Below, piece by piece: positions 11,026 to 22,876 of a stretch of 64,000 nucleotides of DNA (positions within the stretch are counted from its first letter, which is position 1; each line of letters starts with the position of its first letter). The notes beneath the pieces are model-generated. The model was not told where the DNA came from and ran no database searches. It saw only the letters and a program-made list of their open reading frames with translations. A program made the position numbers and the translations under genes. Origin of the DNA: Mobula hypostoma (Eukaryota); NCBI RefSeq assembly GCF_963921235.1, contig NC_086108.1, positions 62,932,001 through 62,996,000 on the forward strand. The letters are read 5' to 3'.

Positions 11026-13793
11026 GCTCCAGGCCAGGTCTTTATGTGCTGCTATTGTGACTCCCGTCTCCCCTTCCCCCACCACCACTCTGCAACCCTG
11101 TCTCCCTCAGATCCCACCGTCAGCTCCTGGGCCCTTAGAGGCTCCATCTTCCTCTCATCCACCCTCCGCTCTCCACTGACATCTCCAGCCTCCCCACTCC
11201 CCCCGTCATCCCACTTCTCATCCATGCTGGGTCTTTACCATCCCCTCTGACCTTCAACTTCTGAGGCAGAGCACTCTGTCCTTAGTAAGGGCCTCATCTT
11301 TGTCCCCCTCCGCCCACACCTCGGCAAGTTCCGCATTCGCCATGATGCGGAACTCTTCTTCCACCGGCTCCGTCTTCGAGCCTATTTCTTCGGCAAAGAC
11401 TCTCCCACCCCCACCAATGACCCTTTCTCCCGTCTTCAACCCTCCTTCTCTTCATGGACACGCCACTCTGGTCTTCTGCCTGCTGTGGATCTCTTTATTG
11501 CTAACTGCCAACGGGAGATCAACCGTCTCGACTTCACCGCACCTTGTCCCCATTCCAACCTCACTCCTTCGGAACGCTCTGCTCTCCACTCCCTCCGCAC
11601 TAATCCTAACCTTACTATTAAACCCGCCGATAAGGGGGGTGCTGTTGTAGTCTGGCGTACTGACCTCTACCTTGCCGAGGCACAGTGACAACTCGCAGAT
11701 ACCTCCTCTTATTTACTCCTCAATCGTGACCCCACTAAGGAGCACCAGGCCATTGTCTCCCACACCATCACCGACTTTATCCGCTCAGGGGATCTCCCAT
11801 CCACTGCTGCCAACCTTATAGTTCCCACACCCTGCACTTTCCGTTTCTACCTCCTACCCAAGATCCACAAACCTGCCTGTCCTGGTAGACCTATTGTCTC
11901 AGCTTGCTCCTGCCCCACTGAACTCATTTCTGCATACCTCGACACTGTTTTATCCCCCCTTGTTCAATCCCTTCCTACCAATGTTCATGGCACTTCTCAC
12001 GCTCTGAAACTTTTTGATGATTTTAAGTTCCCTGACCCCACTGCTCTACTTTCACCATGGATGTCCAGTCCTTATATACTTCCATCCCCCATCAGGAAGG
12101 TCTCAAAGCTCTCTGCTTCTTTTTGGATTCCAGACCTAACCAGTTCCCCTCTACCACCACTCTGCTCCGTCTAGCAGAATTAGTCCTTACTCTTAATAAT
12201 TTCTCCTTTGGCTCCTCCCACTTCCTCCAAACTAAAGGTGTAGCCATGGGCACCCGTATGGGTCCTAGCTATGCCTGCCTTTTTGTTGGCTTTGTAGGAC
12301 AATCTATGTTCCAAACCTATTCTGGTATCTGTCCCCCACTTTTCCTTCGCTACATCGACGACTGCATTGGCGCTGCTTCCTGCATGCATGCTGAGCTCGT
12401 TGACTTTATTAACTTTGCCTCCAACTTTCACCCTGCCCTCAAGTTTACCTGGTCCATTTCCGACACCTCCCTCCCCTTTCTAGATCTTTCTGTCTCTATC
12501 TCTGGAGCCAGCTTATCTACTGATGTCTACTATAAGCCTACTGACTCTCACAGCTATCTGGACTATTCCTCTTCTCACCCTGTCTCTTGCAAAAATGCCA
12601 TCCCCTTCTTGCAATTCATCCGTCTCCACCACATCTGCTCTCAGGATGAGGCTTTTCATTCCAGGACGAAGGAGATGTCCTCCTTTTTTAAAGAAAGGGG
12701 CTTCCCTTCCTCTACCATCAACTCTGCTCTCAAACGCATCTCCCCCATTTCAAGCACATCTGCTCTCTCTCCATCCTCCCGCCACCCCACTAGGAATAGG
12801 GTTCCCCTTGTCCTCACCTACCACCGCACTAGCCTCCAGGTCCAACATATAATTCTCCTTAACTTCCGCCACCTCCAACGGGATCCCACCACTAAGCACA
12901 TCTTTCCCTCCCCGCCTCTCTGCTTTCTGCAGGGATCGCTCCCTACGCTACTCCCTTGTCCATTCGTCCCTCCAATCCCTCCCCACTGATCTCCCTCCTG
13001 GCACTTATCCTTGTAAGCCGAACAAGTGCTACACATGCCCTTACACTTTCTCCCTCACCACCATTCAGGGCCCCAGACAGTCCTTCCAGGTGAGGCGACA
13101 CTTCACCTGTGAGTCGGCTGGGGTGATATACTGCGTCTGGTGCTCCCGATGTGGCCTTTTATATATTGGCAAGACCCGACGCAGACTGGGAGACAGCTTT
13201 GCTGAACACCTATGCTCTGTCCGCCAGAGAAAGCAGGGTCTTCCAGTGGCCACACATTTTAATTCCATGTCCCATTCCCATTCTGATAGTCTATCCACGG
13301 CCTCCTCTACTGTCAAGATGAAGCCACACTCAGGTTGAAGGAACAACACCTTATAATCCATCTGGGTAGCCTCCAACCTGATGGCATGAACATTGACTTC
13401 TCAAATTTCCACTAATGCCCCACCTCCCCCTCGTACCTTATCCGTTATTTATTTATATATACACACATTCTTTTTCTCTCTCTCCTTTTTCTCCCTCTGT
13501 CCCCCTCACTATACCGCTTGCCCATCCTCTGGTTCCCCCCCCCTTTTCTTTCTCCCTAGCCCTCCTGTCCCATGATCTTCTCATATCCCTTTTGCCAATC
13601 AACTGTCCAGCTCTTGGCTCCATCCCTCCACCTCCTGTCTTCTCCTATCATTTCGGATCTCCCCCTCCCCCTCCCACTTTCAAATCTCTTACTAGCTCTT
13701 CTTCCAGTTAGTCTTGACGAAGGGTCTTGGCCCGAAACGTCGACTGTACCTCTTCCTAGAGATGCTGCCTGGCCTGCTACGTTCACCAGCAAT
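11026..13793 (+). mobile_element. Penelope-like element (Neptune-type; RT plus GIY-YIG endonuclease) inserted into the L1
   Basis: SVLSKGL and IKPADKGGAVVVW N-terminal motifs; RT motifs MDVQSLYTSIP, GVAMGTRMGPSYA and RYIDD. Cys linker PCKPNKCYTC; endonuclease GVIYCVWCSRCGLLYIGKT. Pyrimidine-rich 3' region ending in a pLTR. L1 frame (ARRLS...INKLVPSDQ) rejoins across it with a 3-bp TCT overlap. Confidence 0.92.
13709..13746 (+). ncRNA. Minimal type-I hammerhead ribozyme motif in the PLE terminal repeat (core C3->U substitution)
   Basis: tagtc-TTGACGA-a-gggtc-tt-ggccc-GAAAC-GTC-gactg. Stem I tagtc/gactg, stem II gggtc/ggccc, palindromic ACGT stem III, GUC cleavage triplet. Confidence 0.75.
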
Positions 13794-15480
13794 TCTTATG
13801 ACTGAGTCTCCTTGCCAGCGTTTTAGCCAAAAATTTTCTGATCCGAATTAGCAGTTAAATCGGCCTATAAGATTCTACCTCCTCTGGGGCTTTGTCCTTC
13901 TTCGGAATAAGGGTGATAATGGTCTCGTTCAGGGTTTGGGGTAACCTGCCAGTTTCGAATGACTTTCTATACATCCTTACCATATAAGGTGCTAATAGGT
14001 CACTAAACTTCTTATAAAACTCATTACCTATTCCATCCGAACCTGGACTCTTGCCATTTTTCAGGGGTCTTATTGTTCTTACTACTTCGTCATTTGTAAT
14101 CTCTGCTTCCAAAGCCTGACACTCCGTCAGATCGAGTGAAGGTAGCCTACAAGTGTCTAGAAATGTATGCACGCTCGCCGTCAGTACATTAGATTGAGAT
14201 GCATATAATGTTTCATAATACTGACGGAATCTTTGATTAATGTATTTGTGTGACATCAACGGAGCGCCCGAGTCTGATTTAATTTTATGAATGGCCCAAT
14301 TGCTTTCCAATTTGCGTAGCTGTCTTGCCAGCAAGTTGTGCGGTCTCTCACCAAATTCAAAGAAATTCTGTTTTGTAAACAGAAAGGCTCTGCACATCCT
14401 TTCTGAGAGTATTTGGTTAAGTTTGTATTTTAATGCTGAAATTCTGTTGTATTTTTCTGCGGATGGTTGTCACGCAATCTCCATGTCTAGTTTACGTATT
14501 TGTTCTTCTAGTTCTATTTGTTCTGCTTTACTACGTTTCTTTAGGGAAGAGGGAAAAGAAATTATACATCTTCTAACATAAGCTTTAAATGTTTCCCATA
14601 GTAGTCCTGGGGGTGTTTCACTATTATCATTTGCCTCAAAAAACAATAAAATTTGTGATTCTAAATACTCACAAAAATTTGGGTTTGTACGTAGCCAAAG
14701 ATTAAACCTCCAATTTCTATGCATTTGCGTCGATTCACCCAGCTCCAGTGAAAAAGTAACAGGGCTGTAGTCTGATTTGACAATATTATGATATTTTACG
14801 TTATCGACTTGTGGCAGTATTTTGCCATCAAGGAGAAAATATTCAATCCTAGTATATACATTATGAACTGTAGAGTGGAACGAATACTCTCTCCCTGTTG
14901 GGTTGAATAGTCTCCATATCTCTGACAGTTTCATATTGTCTATATATGATTTCAGCAGGTTACTTGCCTTTGATGGCAATGCCCTCTAATTGGAAAATCT
15001 GTATAAATATGTATCCAGAACAAAATTAAAATCCACTCCAATAATCAGGTTAGTGCTGGAGACCCCTGGTATCAATCCTAGAACTAGTCTAAAAAATTCT
15101 GGATCATCCCAGTTTGGTCCGTGGATATTCAGTAAGATAACTGGCATAGATTGTATTTCCCCAGTAACTATAACATATCTCCCATCCTTGTCTACTATTG
15201 TTGTTAGGTGACGAAATGGAACATTTCTGCGAATTATTATTACCACACCCCTAGATTTCATTGGAAACTTTGAGGAATATATTTGGCCTATCCACTTGCC
15301 CCTAATTTTACAATGAGCTTCATTCTTCAAATGTGTTTCCTGCAAGAAGATCACATCGGCCTGTAGTGATTTTAGGTGAGACAGCACTTTACCCCTTTTC
15401 ACCAGCTCATTAATCCCAAATAGCTGTTTTTCAATAACAAAGTTGGCTAACCTAGCTATGGCTGTCAATCAATAATAGGA
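13794..15480 (-). mobile_element. L1/Tx1-clade LINE ORF2, 5' half (APE endonuclease, tether, start of RT)
   Basis: KRGKVLSHLKSLQADVIFLQETH, GVDFN, SDYSP, KSPGSDG and YRPI motifs in ORFs 14986-15468, 14470-14979 and 13855-14397. Confidence 0.92.
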
Positions 15481-15508
15481 ACACTAATTGAACTTCCCAT
15501 ACCTAATT

Positions 15509-16262
15509 GAACTTCCTTAACTCATATGTTTTGGGCCTGTCCTACTTTGGAAACTTTTTGGAAAGACATTTTTAATATTATTTCAAAGGTGTTGAATTTA
15601 GATATTTCTCCCCATCCTATTACTGCTATCTTTGGATTACCTAAAATTTCCAGTAATCTTTCCCCTTCAGCCCGTAGATAGATTGCATTTCTTACTTTAA
15701 TGGTGAAAAGATGTATTTTACAACATTGGAAGGATATTAATGCTCCAACTACGTTCTTTTGGTTTTCCCAGACGATACTATGTTTAAATTTGGAAAAAAT
15801 TGGAAGTAATCTTTATGATTCTTCAGTTAAATTTGAACAGACTTGGAGATCTTTTATTCAACATTTTCATTTAATGTAACTTTTTTTCTTTCTCTGTCCA
15901 TATTTACATTCCCTTCTTGCTTTTTAACTGTTTTTAATGGAGGTTGGGTTTGAGGACGTGATTGTTTTAAGTTGTTTAACTCTACTTGATACCTAGTTAT
16001 CCCATTGCTTTGCTTTGCTTTTTAGATTGGTTGCACGGTGGGTTTTTTTTGGGGGGGGCGTTTTCCTTTTCTTTATTGACATGTATGAAAATTAGTATAC
16101 TATTATATTACCTTGTTATTTTATATCTAAACTGCACTGTTTGTACTAACTTCTTTTTGTGTATTAATATTTCTTGTAAAGTTATATTGCAACAGTGTAT
16201 CAGTGCCTATATAGTTTACCTTTTGTGTACTAATTCAATAAAAAGATTTAAAAAGAAAGAAA
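15509..16262 (+). mobile_element. 5'-truncated L1 3' end with a 19-bp TSD, inserted upstream of the minus-strand L1 ORF2
   Basis: TSD GAACTTCCCATACCTAATT at 15490-15508 and 16263-16281. L1 C-terminal HMFWACP motif; AATAAA followed by an A-rich (AAAG)n tail. Confidence 0.88.
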
Positions 16263-17997
16263 GAACTTCCCATACCTAATTCAAAATAGGTAGAGTAAAT
16301 ATAGTGTTCAGTGTTGACCTTACTACCCCACCAAAGACTCAATATCAATAAACAAAGCATGCCATTTATCCATTAGAGTATCAAAAATCCTCTATCAGGG
16401 TTTAGTAAAAGAGTTAAAACACTGCTTGAATGACTGCTGGAGATGGAAAAAATGAGAAGATGAGTTCATATTTTATTCTTCATTCTTATTTTGAGATTCC
16501 TTCATTGCCTTCCCTCAAATAAGAAAGTGGACACACAGACTAAACCAAGATGTGTAAGTTCATTGATATCTAGGAAATGATAAAATAGCTTAATTACTCT
16601 GTCTGTCTCAGGGCTAGTTTTATGAACATGCATTGCCAGTATTGAACTTAGTGTGATTGAAGCCATGCTAGAAATGTTTGTGAAGAGTCAAGCAGAGTAA
16701 GATCTTTCCAATAAGAATAAAAGCTTACCAATACCAGCCAGGTTCCAGTTATACACTTGAATGGACAAACCTCTGCAATTCAGATAATCTACTATCCAAA
16801 ATGATGTTATAAATTCATTTGCATAAAATATCCCCTAGGTAAATTGAGGTGAGATTGGATTTACAGAACAGAATTTAAATCCAGCATAGATGAGAGTACA
16901 GATTTTTTTGGTACTGACTTTGTTTAATTGTGGGATACAAACCCTTAATCTGAATTGGTATTTACTTACTGTTAAGTTTTGTAACCTTGAAACACACATT
17001 CAGCTTTTCCACCCAGTTCTGGTTCCAAAACAAGTTTAAGGATATTTTGTTATCGCATGTTGTTTGTGATGGATACAAATCTTTGTTGCCATGGGAAAAA
17101 AACCACAACTGTTTTATTTAAAGGGTGGAGCTTTGAAGGTAAAGCACCTTCAACTGGCTGCTTGCCATTCTAATGCAGTTGTTTTGCGCTTACAGCTCTT
17201 ACAACTTGACATTGTACTAAACTAAGCTTGAACAGATTTTGTATATTCTGATTTCCAAAAATAAGTTCTTACTATTATTTTATTATCACTTTATAGAGAG
17301 TATCCTTGTTCATTAAAAAATATAAATATGCTGTATTCTCAATTGGTAAAAAAAATCGTGAAATAAGATAGGCTGTGCCTGAAATAAGAACTGGGCTACC
17401 CTGCATATTCAACATGGGAATCTACTGTATGTCTGAGATCTCTTCTGTAAGGTTCCACTCAGAAAACTGTAATGTGTGTATTTCCCAATTGCAGCCAGAA
17501 TAAAAGATATATAGTTGATTTTTAAGTTGAGCAAGCATGCTCCTTCTGGTCACTTCCAACAACTTACACAAATGACTTCCGAAATTCCAGTCACCTCTCC
17601 CAACACTTACCATAAGTTGCATCTGGTGGTCTTTATATTAAGAAATCAATGTTAGGCTGCCCTGGAGGTATCTGCAGTTTAGCAGTCTCATTAGCTCAGG
17701 CTTAAGGTTTAATATAGTGTATATTACAGGGATACCCATCACAATACAGATATTGCTTCTGATGTTCAGTTTTTTTCTGCCTACCTGTTTTTGGTCAGTT
17801 TTTACTGTAGGATATTTGTGACACCCTTGTGACACCATTTTAAAACACAGAAAGCTTGCAATACACTAAGTCATTGGCCCCATTGTATTTATGCTTGATG
17901 AGAAAGCTATTAAATGCAATCTAGCCTACCAAAATAGGGCTGTAGCTCTGCAGATTATGGCTCCTCCATTACAAATCCAGGCACTTTTTAAGTGTAA

Positions 17998-18094
17998 ACA
18001 AGAGAAAATCTGCAGATGCTGGAAATCAAAGTAATACACATAAAATGCTGGAGGAACTCAGTAGGTCAGGCAGCATCTATGGAAAAGAGTAAAC
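17998..18094 (-). mobile_element. Short PLE-pLTR-derived repeat fragment
   Basis: cacataaaatgctggaggaactcagtaggtcaggcagcatctatgg matches the reverse complement of the PLE terminus at 13755-13793. Confidence 0.7.
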
Positions 18095-18385
18095 ATGGTT
18101 GTGTCATCCTCCCTTTAGAATACTTCTTCATCTTTATGATGTATCTAGCCTGTGACTTCCGAATTGCCCCCAGAAATTCTAGCCACTACTGTTCTGCCAT
18201 CATCCCTGCTAGTGTCCTCTTCCAATCAACTTTGGCTAGCTTCTTTCTCATGCTTATGTAATTTCCTTTACTCCACTGTAACACTGATATACCTGTATTT
18301 AACTTTATCTTCTCCTCTCAATTTGTAGGGTGAATTCTATCATATTATGATCACTGCCTCTTAAGTATTCCTTTACCTTAAGTTC
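18095..18385 (-). mobile_element. Degenerate CR1 fragment (endonuclease/tether region)
   Basis: Reverse complement resembles the CR1 GSDHN region and the fragment at 51380-51760. Confidence 0.55.
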
Positions 18386-18562
18386 ACTTAAGGTAAAGTG
18401 TTGACGCCAAGATTGGATTGGCCATGATCTTATTGAATGATTAAACAGCTTCCAGGATCTAACAAGGCAAATCCTGCTTGTGTTTTAAGTAAGTAAGCAT
18501 AGGAAAAAAAGAAAGATGACAAATGAAAACCAAAGTTTATTCAGTGGCAGGAAGAAGAGGGC

Positions 18563-18762
18563 AACACAAGAGACCACTACAGATGCTGCAAGTCTGGAGC
18601 AATGCATGGAAGTGCTGGAAGAACTCAGCAGATACAGCAGTACCTACAGAGAAAAATGGACAGGCCAGATGAAAGGTCATCCTAAGTCACCAACTGAGCA
18701 TTCCCTCTGTTGGTGATATCTAACTCATTGAGTTCCTCCAGTGCCTTTGTGTTTTGCTGCAG
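18563..18762. mobile_element. Fold-back PLE-pLTR-derived element
   Basis: Two degenerate pLTR pieces in opposite orientation (ctggaagaactca ... tgagttcctccag) around a decayed hammerhead remnant (cagatgaaagg). Confidence 0.55.
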
Positions 18763-19042
18763 GAAGAAGACAATGTTGATTGTCAAGTAATTTTGCTTCT
18801 TGAAGGCTGTTATCTTAAGGCTCCATTCTCAGTTCCATCCTTCCAATCATACATTTTAATGACTTAACTTTATATCCATAGAAATAATAAAATGTTTGTA
18901 AACAATACAGAAATTACTCACAGGAGATAGGAGGAAAGCTTTCCACATTAGGTAAGTATATTTTGTGTGATTGGTGAGTGCAAATTATGGTTAGGAACTT
19001 ACTCCCTGGGAGGATGCTGAAGGCAGAAACCCTCACACATTT

Positions 19043-19140
19043 AAACACACAAAATGGTGGAGGACCTCAGCAAGCCAGGCAGCATCTGTGGAAAAGAATA
19101 AACAGTTGATGTTCTGCGCTTAGACCCTTCGTCAGGACTG
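19043..19140 (-). mobile_element. PLE-pLTR-derived short repeat with degenerate hammerhead
   Basis: Reverse complement reads cagtc-CTGACGA-agggtctaagcgc-agaac-atc-aactg, followed by the same pLTR tail. Confidence 0.72.
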
Positions 19141-19299
19141 AGAATGGAGGCTTGTGGATCCAGCACTGGTAACAGCCTTTGAGAAGCAAAATTACATGAC
19201 ACTCCACATTGATTTTTTCCTGTAGCAACACCGAAAGGCACCGGAGGAACTCATTGAGGGATGATTAGTGTGAAGTACCAATGATTGGCAACCTTTTAA

Positions 19300-21665
19300 A
19301 AACCAACTGATGCCAACTAAAAAGCCATAAGGAGAGAAAAGATGACATATGAAGATAAGCTGACCAATTATATAAAAGAGGATACCAGAAGTGTTTTCAG
19401 GTATATAAAGAGTAAAAGAGAAGTGAAAGTTAATATTGGAGAGCTGAAAAATGACACTGCAGAGGTAGGAATGGGGACAAAAAACAATGGGCGATCTTAA
19501 TAAAGTATTTTGTGTCAGTCTTCATGTGGAAGCTGCTAGCAGTATGCCAGAAATTTGATAGTGTCAGGGGACAGAAGTGAATGTAATTGTTATTACTAAG
19601 GAAAAGGTGTTTGGGAAACTGAAAGGTCTGAATATAGATAATTCGCCTGGACTGGATGGACTACACCACAGGGTTCTGAAGGAGATAGTTGAAGAAATAG
19701 TAGAGGCATTGGTAATGACCCTTCAAAAATCATTACATTCTTGAATCATTCCAGAGGACTGGAAAATTGTAAATGTCACTTCACTCTTTAAGAATGGAGA
19801 GAGGCAGAAGAAAGAAAATTATAAGCCAGTTATCTTAACTTCAGTGCTTTGGAAGATGGTGGAGTCCATTATTAAGGATGAAATTTCGGGGGTACTTGGA
19901 GCACATGATAAAATAGGCCAAAGTCAGCATTGTTTTCTGAAGGGGAAATCTTGCCTGACAAATCTGTTAGAATTCTTTTAAGAAATAACAGGATAGACAA
20001 AGGATGGTCATTGAATGTTGTTTACTTGGATTTTCAGATTGCCTTTGACAAGGTGCTGCACATGAGACTGCTTGACAAGATAAGAGACTATTGTATTACA
20101 GGAAAGATAGTAACATGGATAGATTAGATGACTGGCAGGAGGCAAAGAGTGGGAGTAAAGGGGTCTTTTCTAGTTGGCCGCTGTGGTTGGTGGTGTTGGG
20201 ACTGGTTCCTTCACGTTATATGTCAATTATCTGTATGATGGAATTGATGGCTTTGTGGCCAAGTTTCACTAAGTTTCAATAGGTTTCACTAGGTACACTT
20301 AATGTCAGAGAAATGTATACAATATACATCCTGAAATTCTTTATCCTTGCAAGCATCCATGAAAACAGAGGAGTACCCCAAAGAATGAATGACAGTTAAG
20401 AAATCCCCCTGCCAACTTCCCCCTCCCACACATAAGCAACAGCAAAGCAACACCACCCCCCACCGAGCACTGAGCGTGCAGCAAAGCATCAATAAAGACA
20501 CGAACTTGCAAAGACTACTCGTTCACCCGATATTCGACATACCACAGGCCTCTCTCTCCCAAATAAGGGAAAAGAGATGTCCCCATTTCACAGTGAGAGG
20601 GGAGACATAACAAAACAATTTGCTGAATTATGGTGTTAAAAGTCTGTTGTGTCGCTTTTTCCCAGCTCTGTGCCCAAAGAACTCGGGTCTCTGGGCATAC
20701 AGCCAGCAGCCAGCTCACTGTTTTCAATCTTCCGTGTACTCCCACGACACATTAGGTGGTGAAACCAGCCTTGAATCCGCCCACCTCCAGAGCCACAAAA
20801 ATCTGGCACCCTGAAGGCATGCTTGTCTTCCAGACTCTCTCCTTGGCATATCAAAAAGTGGCTGGTCGTGAGGCCCTGAGAGCGGGTCCCATTTCCACAA
20901 AGAACTGAAGTCAGTATGCAACTCCAGGTCAGAGTCTTCAAAAGGACCTTGAAAGGGAAAAAAAGAGATATCAAAGACAGAAATAAAGCTGTTTCCGAAG
21001 ATGGAAGCAAAGGAGTTGCCATTAGGTGCTATCATCTTCCTAAGCTCTAAGTTTGTGGATGATACAGAGGTAGATGCAGGGGCAGGTAGTGTTCAGGAAG
21101 TGGGAGGCCTTCAGAAGGCTTCAGACAGATTAGGAGAATGGGCAAATAAGTTGCAGATGGGATATAGTGTAGGGGAGTATATGGTCATGTACTTTGGTCA
21201 AAGGAGTAAAGGCATACACTATATTCTAAACAGGAAAAAAAATTAATAATCAGATATGTAATGGGACGGGTACCCTTGTGTAGAATTACCTAAATGTTGA
21301 CTTGCAGGTTGAGTCATGGTAAGAATGGCAAACACAATGTTACCATTTGTTTCAAGAGGACAGTATATAAGAGCAAGGATATAATCCTGATGCTTTATGA
21401 AGAATTGGTGAAACCACACAGAGTATTATGAGCAGTGTTAGGCCTTTTATCTAAGAAAAGATGGAGGAGGTCCAGAGGAGGTTCTCAAAAATGATTATGG
21501 GAATGAAAGGGTTAACATATGAGGAATATTTGATGGCTGTGGGCCTGTACTTACTGGAGGTAAGAAGAAAGGGGGGAAATTCTCGTTGAAACCTATCAAA
21601 TATTGGAAGGTCTAGATAGAGTGGATGTGTAAAGTATGTTTCCTATTGTGGGTGAGTTTAGTACC
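19300..21665 (+). mobile_element. Old degenerate CR1 LINE ORF2, split by an insertion at 20267-21048
   Basis: VYLDFQIAFDKV and KFVDDTEV motifs; many stops. The sequence gtggccAAGTTT|...AAGTTTgtggatgat rejoins across the insert. Confidence 0.85.
20267..21048 (-). mobile_element. Non-coding, non-autonomous retroposon (782 bp) with a 6-bp TSD
   Basis: TSD AAGTTT (20261-66, 21049-54); short tandem tail at the left end; no tRNA boxes or coding motifs recognised. Confidence 0.7.
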
Positions 21666-21669
21666 AGAG

Positions 21670-22080
21670 CGCCCAGTGTCTCTGAGGACATGCTATCGGA
21701 ATAGCATGGGAAAGTAACTGTGTTCTATTTTGTGGACAGTACACACTGCTGCCACTGTACATTGTTGGAGGGAATGAATGTTTAGAGTGGTTGATGAGGT
21801 GCCAGTTCAGTGGGTTGCTTTTCTTGGAAGGTGTCAAGCTTCTTAGGAGTTGTTGCCACTGCACTTATCCAGGCAAGTGGAGAGTATTGCATCATGCTCC
21901 TGACTTGTGCCTTGTAGATGGTGGAAAAGGCTTTGGAGTGTCAAGAACCACATGCCACAAGATACCCAGACTCTGACCTATTCTTGTGGCCATATTTATG
22001 TGGCTGGTACAGAAGAGACACTAGTCAACGTTGACTCCAGAACACTGATGGTAGGGTGTTCATTAAGGGTAACAACGTTG
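21670..22080 (-). mobile_element. Old LINE RT C-terminal fragment (CR1/L2 group)
   Basis: Minus-strand translation YKAQVRSMMQYSPLAW...KKLDT resembles LINE post-RT sequence. Confidence 0.55.
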
Positions 22081-22261
22081 CTGGCATTTTTCTAAAATAG
22101 TTTTGGAAGGCTTGACTGTATTATGGCTTAGACTGGGAATCTACAATCAATGAAAGTTAACCACAAAAAGTTTTAATATGGATCTTCTCTGTTTTTCCTT
22201 TTAAAAATAACTAAGACATGTATGTTTTCTGACCCTTGGTTGAAGGTAGATTACACTTACA

Positions 22262-22876
22262 AAACGTAAGACATATGAGCAGAATTAGGCCAGTCAGCAT
22301 ATCGAGTCTGCTCTGCCGTTTCATCATGGCTGATCTTGAATCCCACTCAACCCCATACACCTGCCTTCTCGCCATATCCTTTGATGCCCTGACCGATCAG
22401 GAAACAATCAACTTCCACCTTACGTATATGTACGGTCTTGGCCTTCACCACAGTCTGTGGCAGAGCATTCCACAGATTTACTACTCTCTCACTAAAAAAA
22501 ACCTCCTTACCTCTGTTCTAACAGGTCACCACTCAATTTTGAGGCTGTATCTTCTAGTTCTGGATACCTCCACCATAGGAAACATCCTCCCACGTCCACC
22601 CTCTCTAGTCCTTTCAATACTTGGTAGGTTTCAATGAGATCCCCCCCACATTCTTCTGAATTCCAGTGAGTACAGGCCCAAAGATGCCTAACATTCCTCA
22701 TATATTAACCCCTTCATTCCTGGAATCATCCTCCTGAACCTCCTCTGGACTCTCTCCAATGACAACACATCCTTTCGGAGATATGGGCCCAAAACTGTTG
22801 ATGATACTCTTAAGTGCAGCCTGACTAGTGTCTTATAAAGGCTCAGCATTATCTCCTTGCTTTTATATTCTAACAT
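22262..22876 (-). mobile_element. CR1 3' fragment
   Basis: LSLYKTLVRLHL...RKDVLSLERVQRRF and GDLIETY motifs. Confidence 0.85.
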
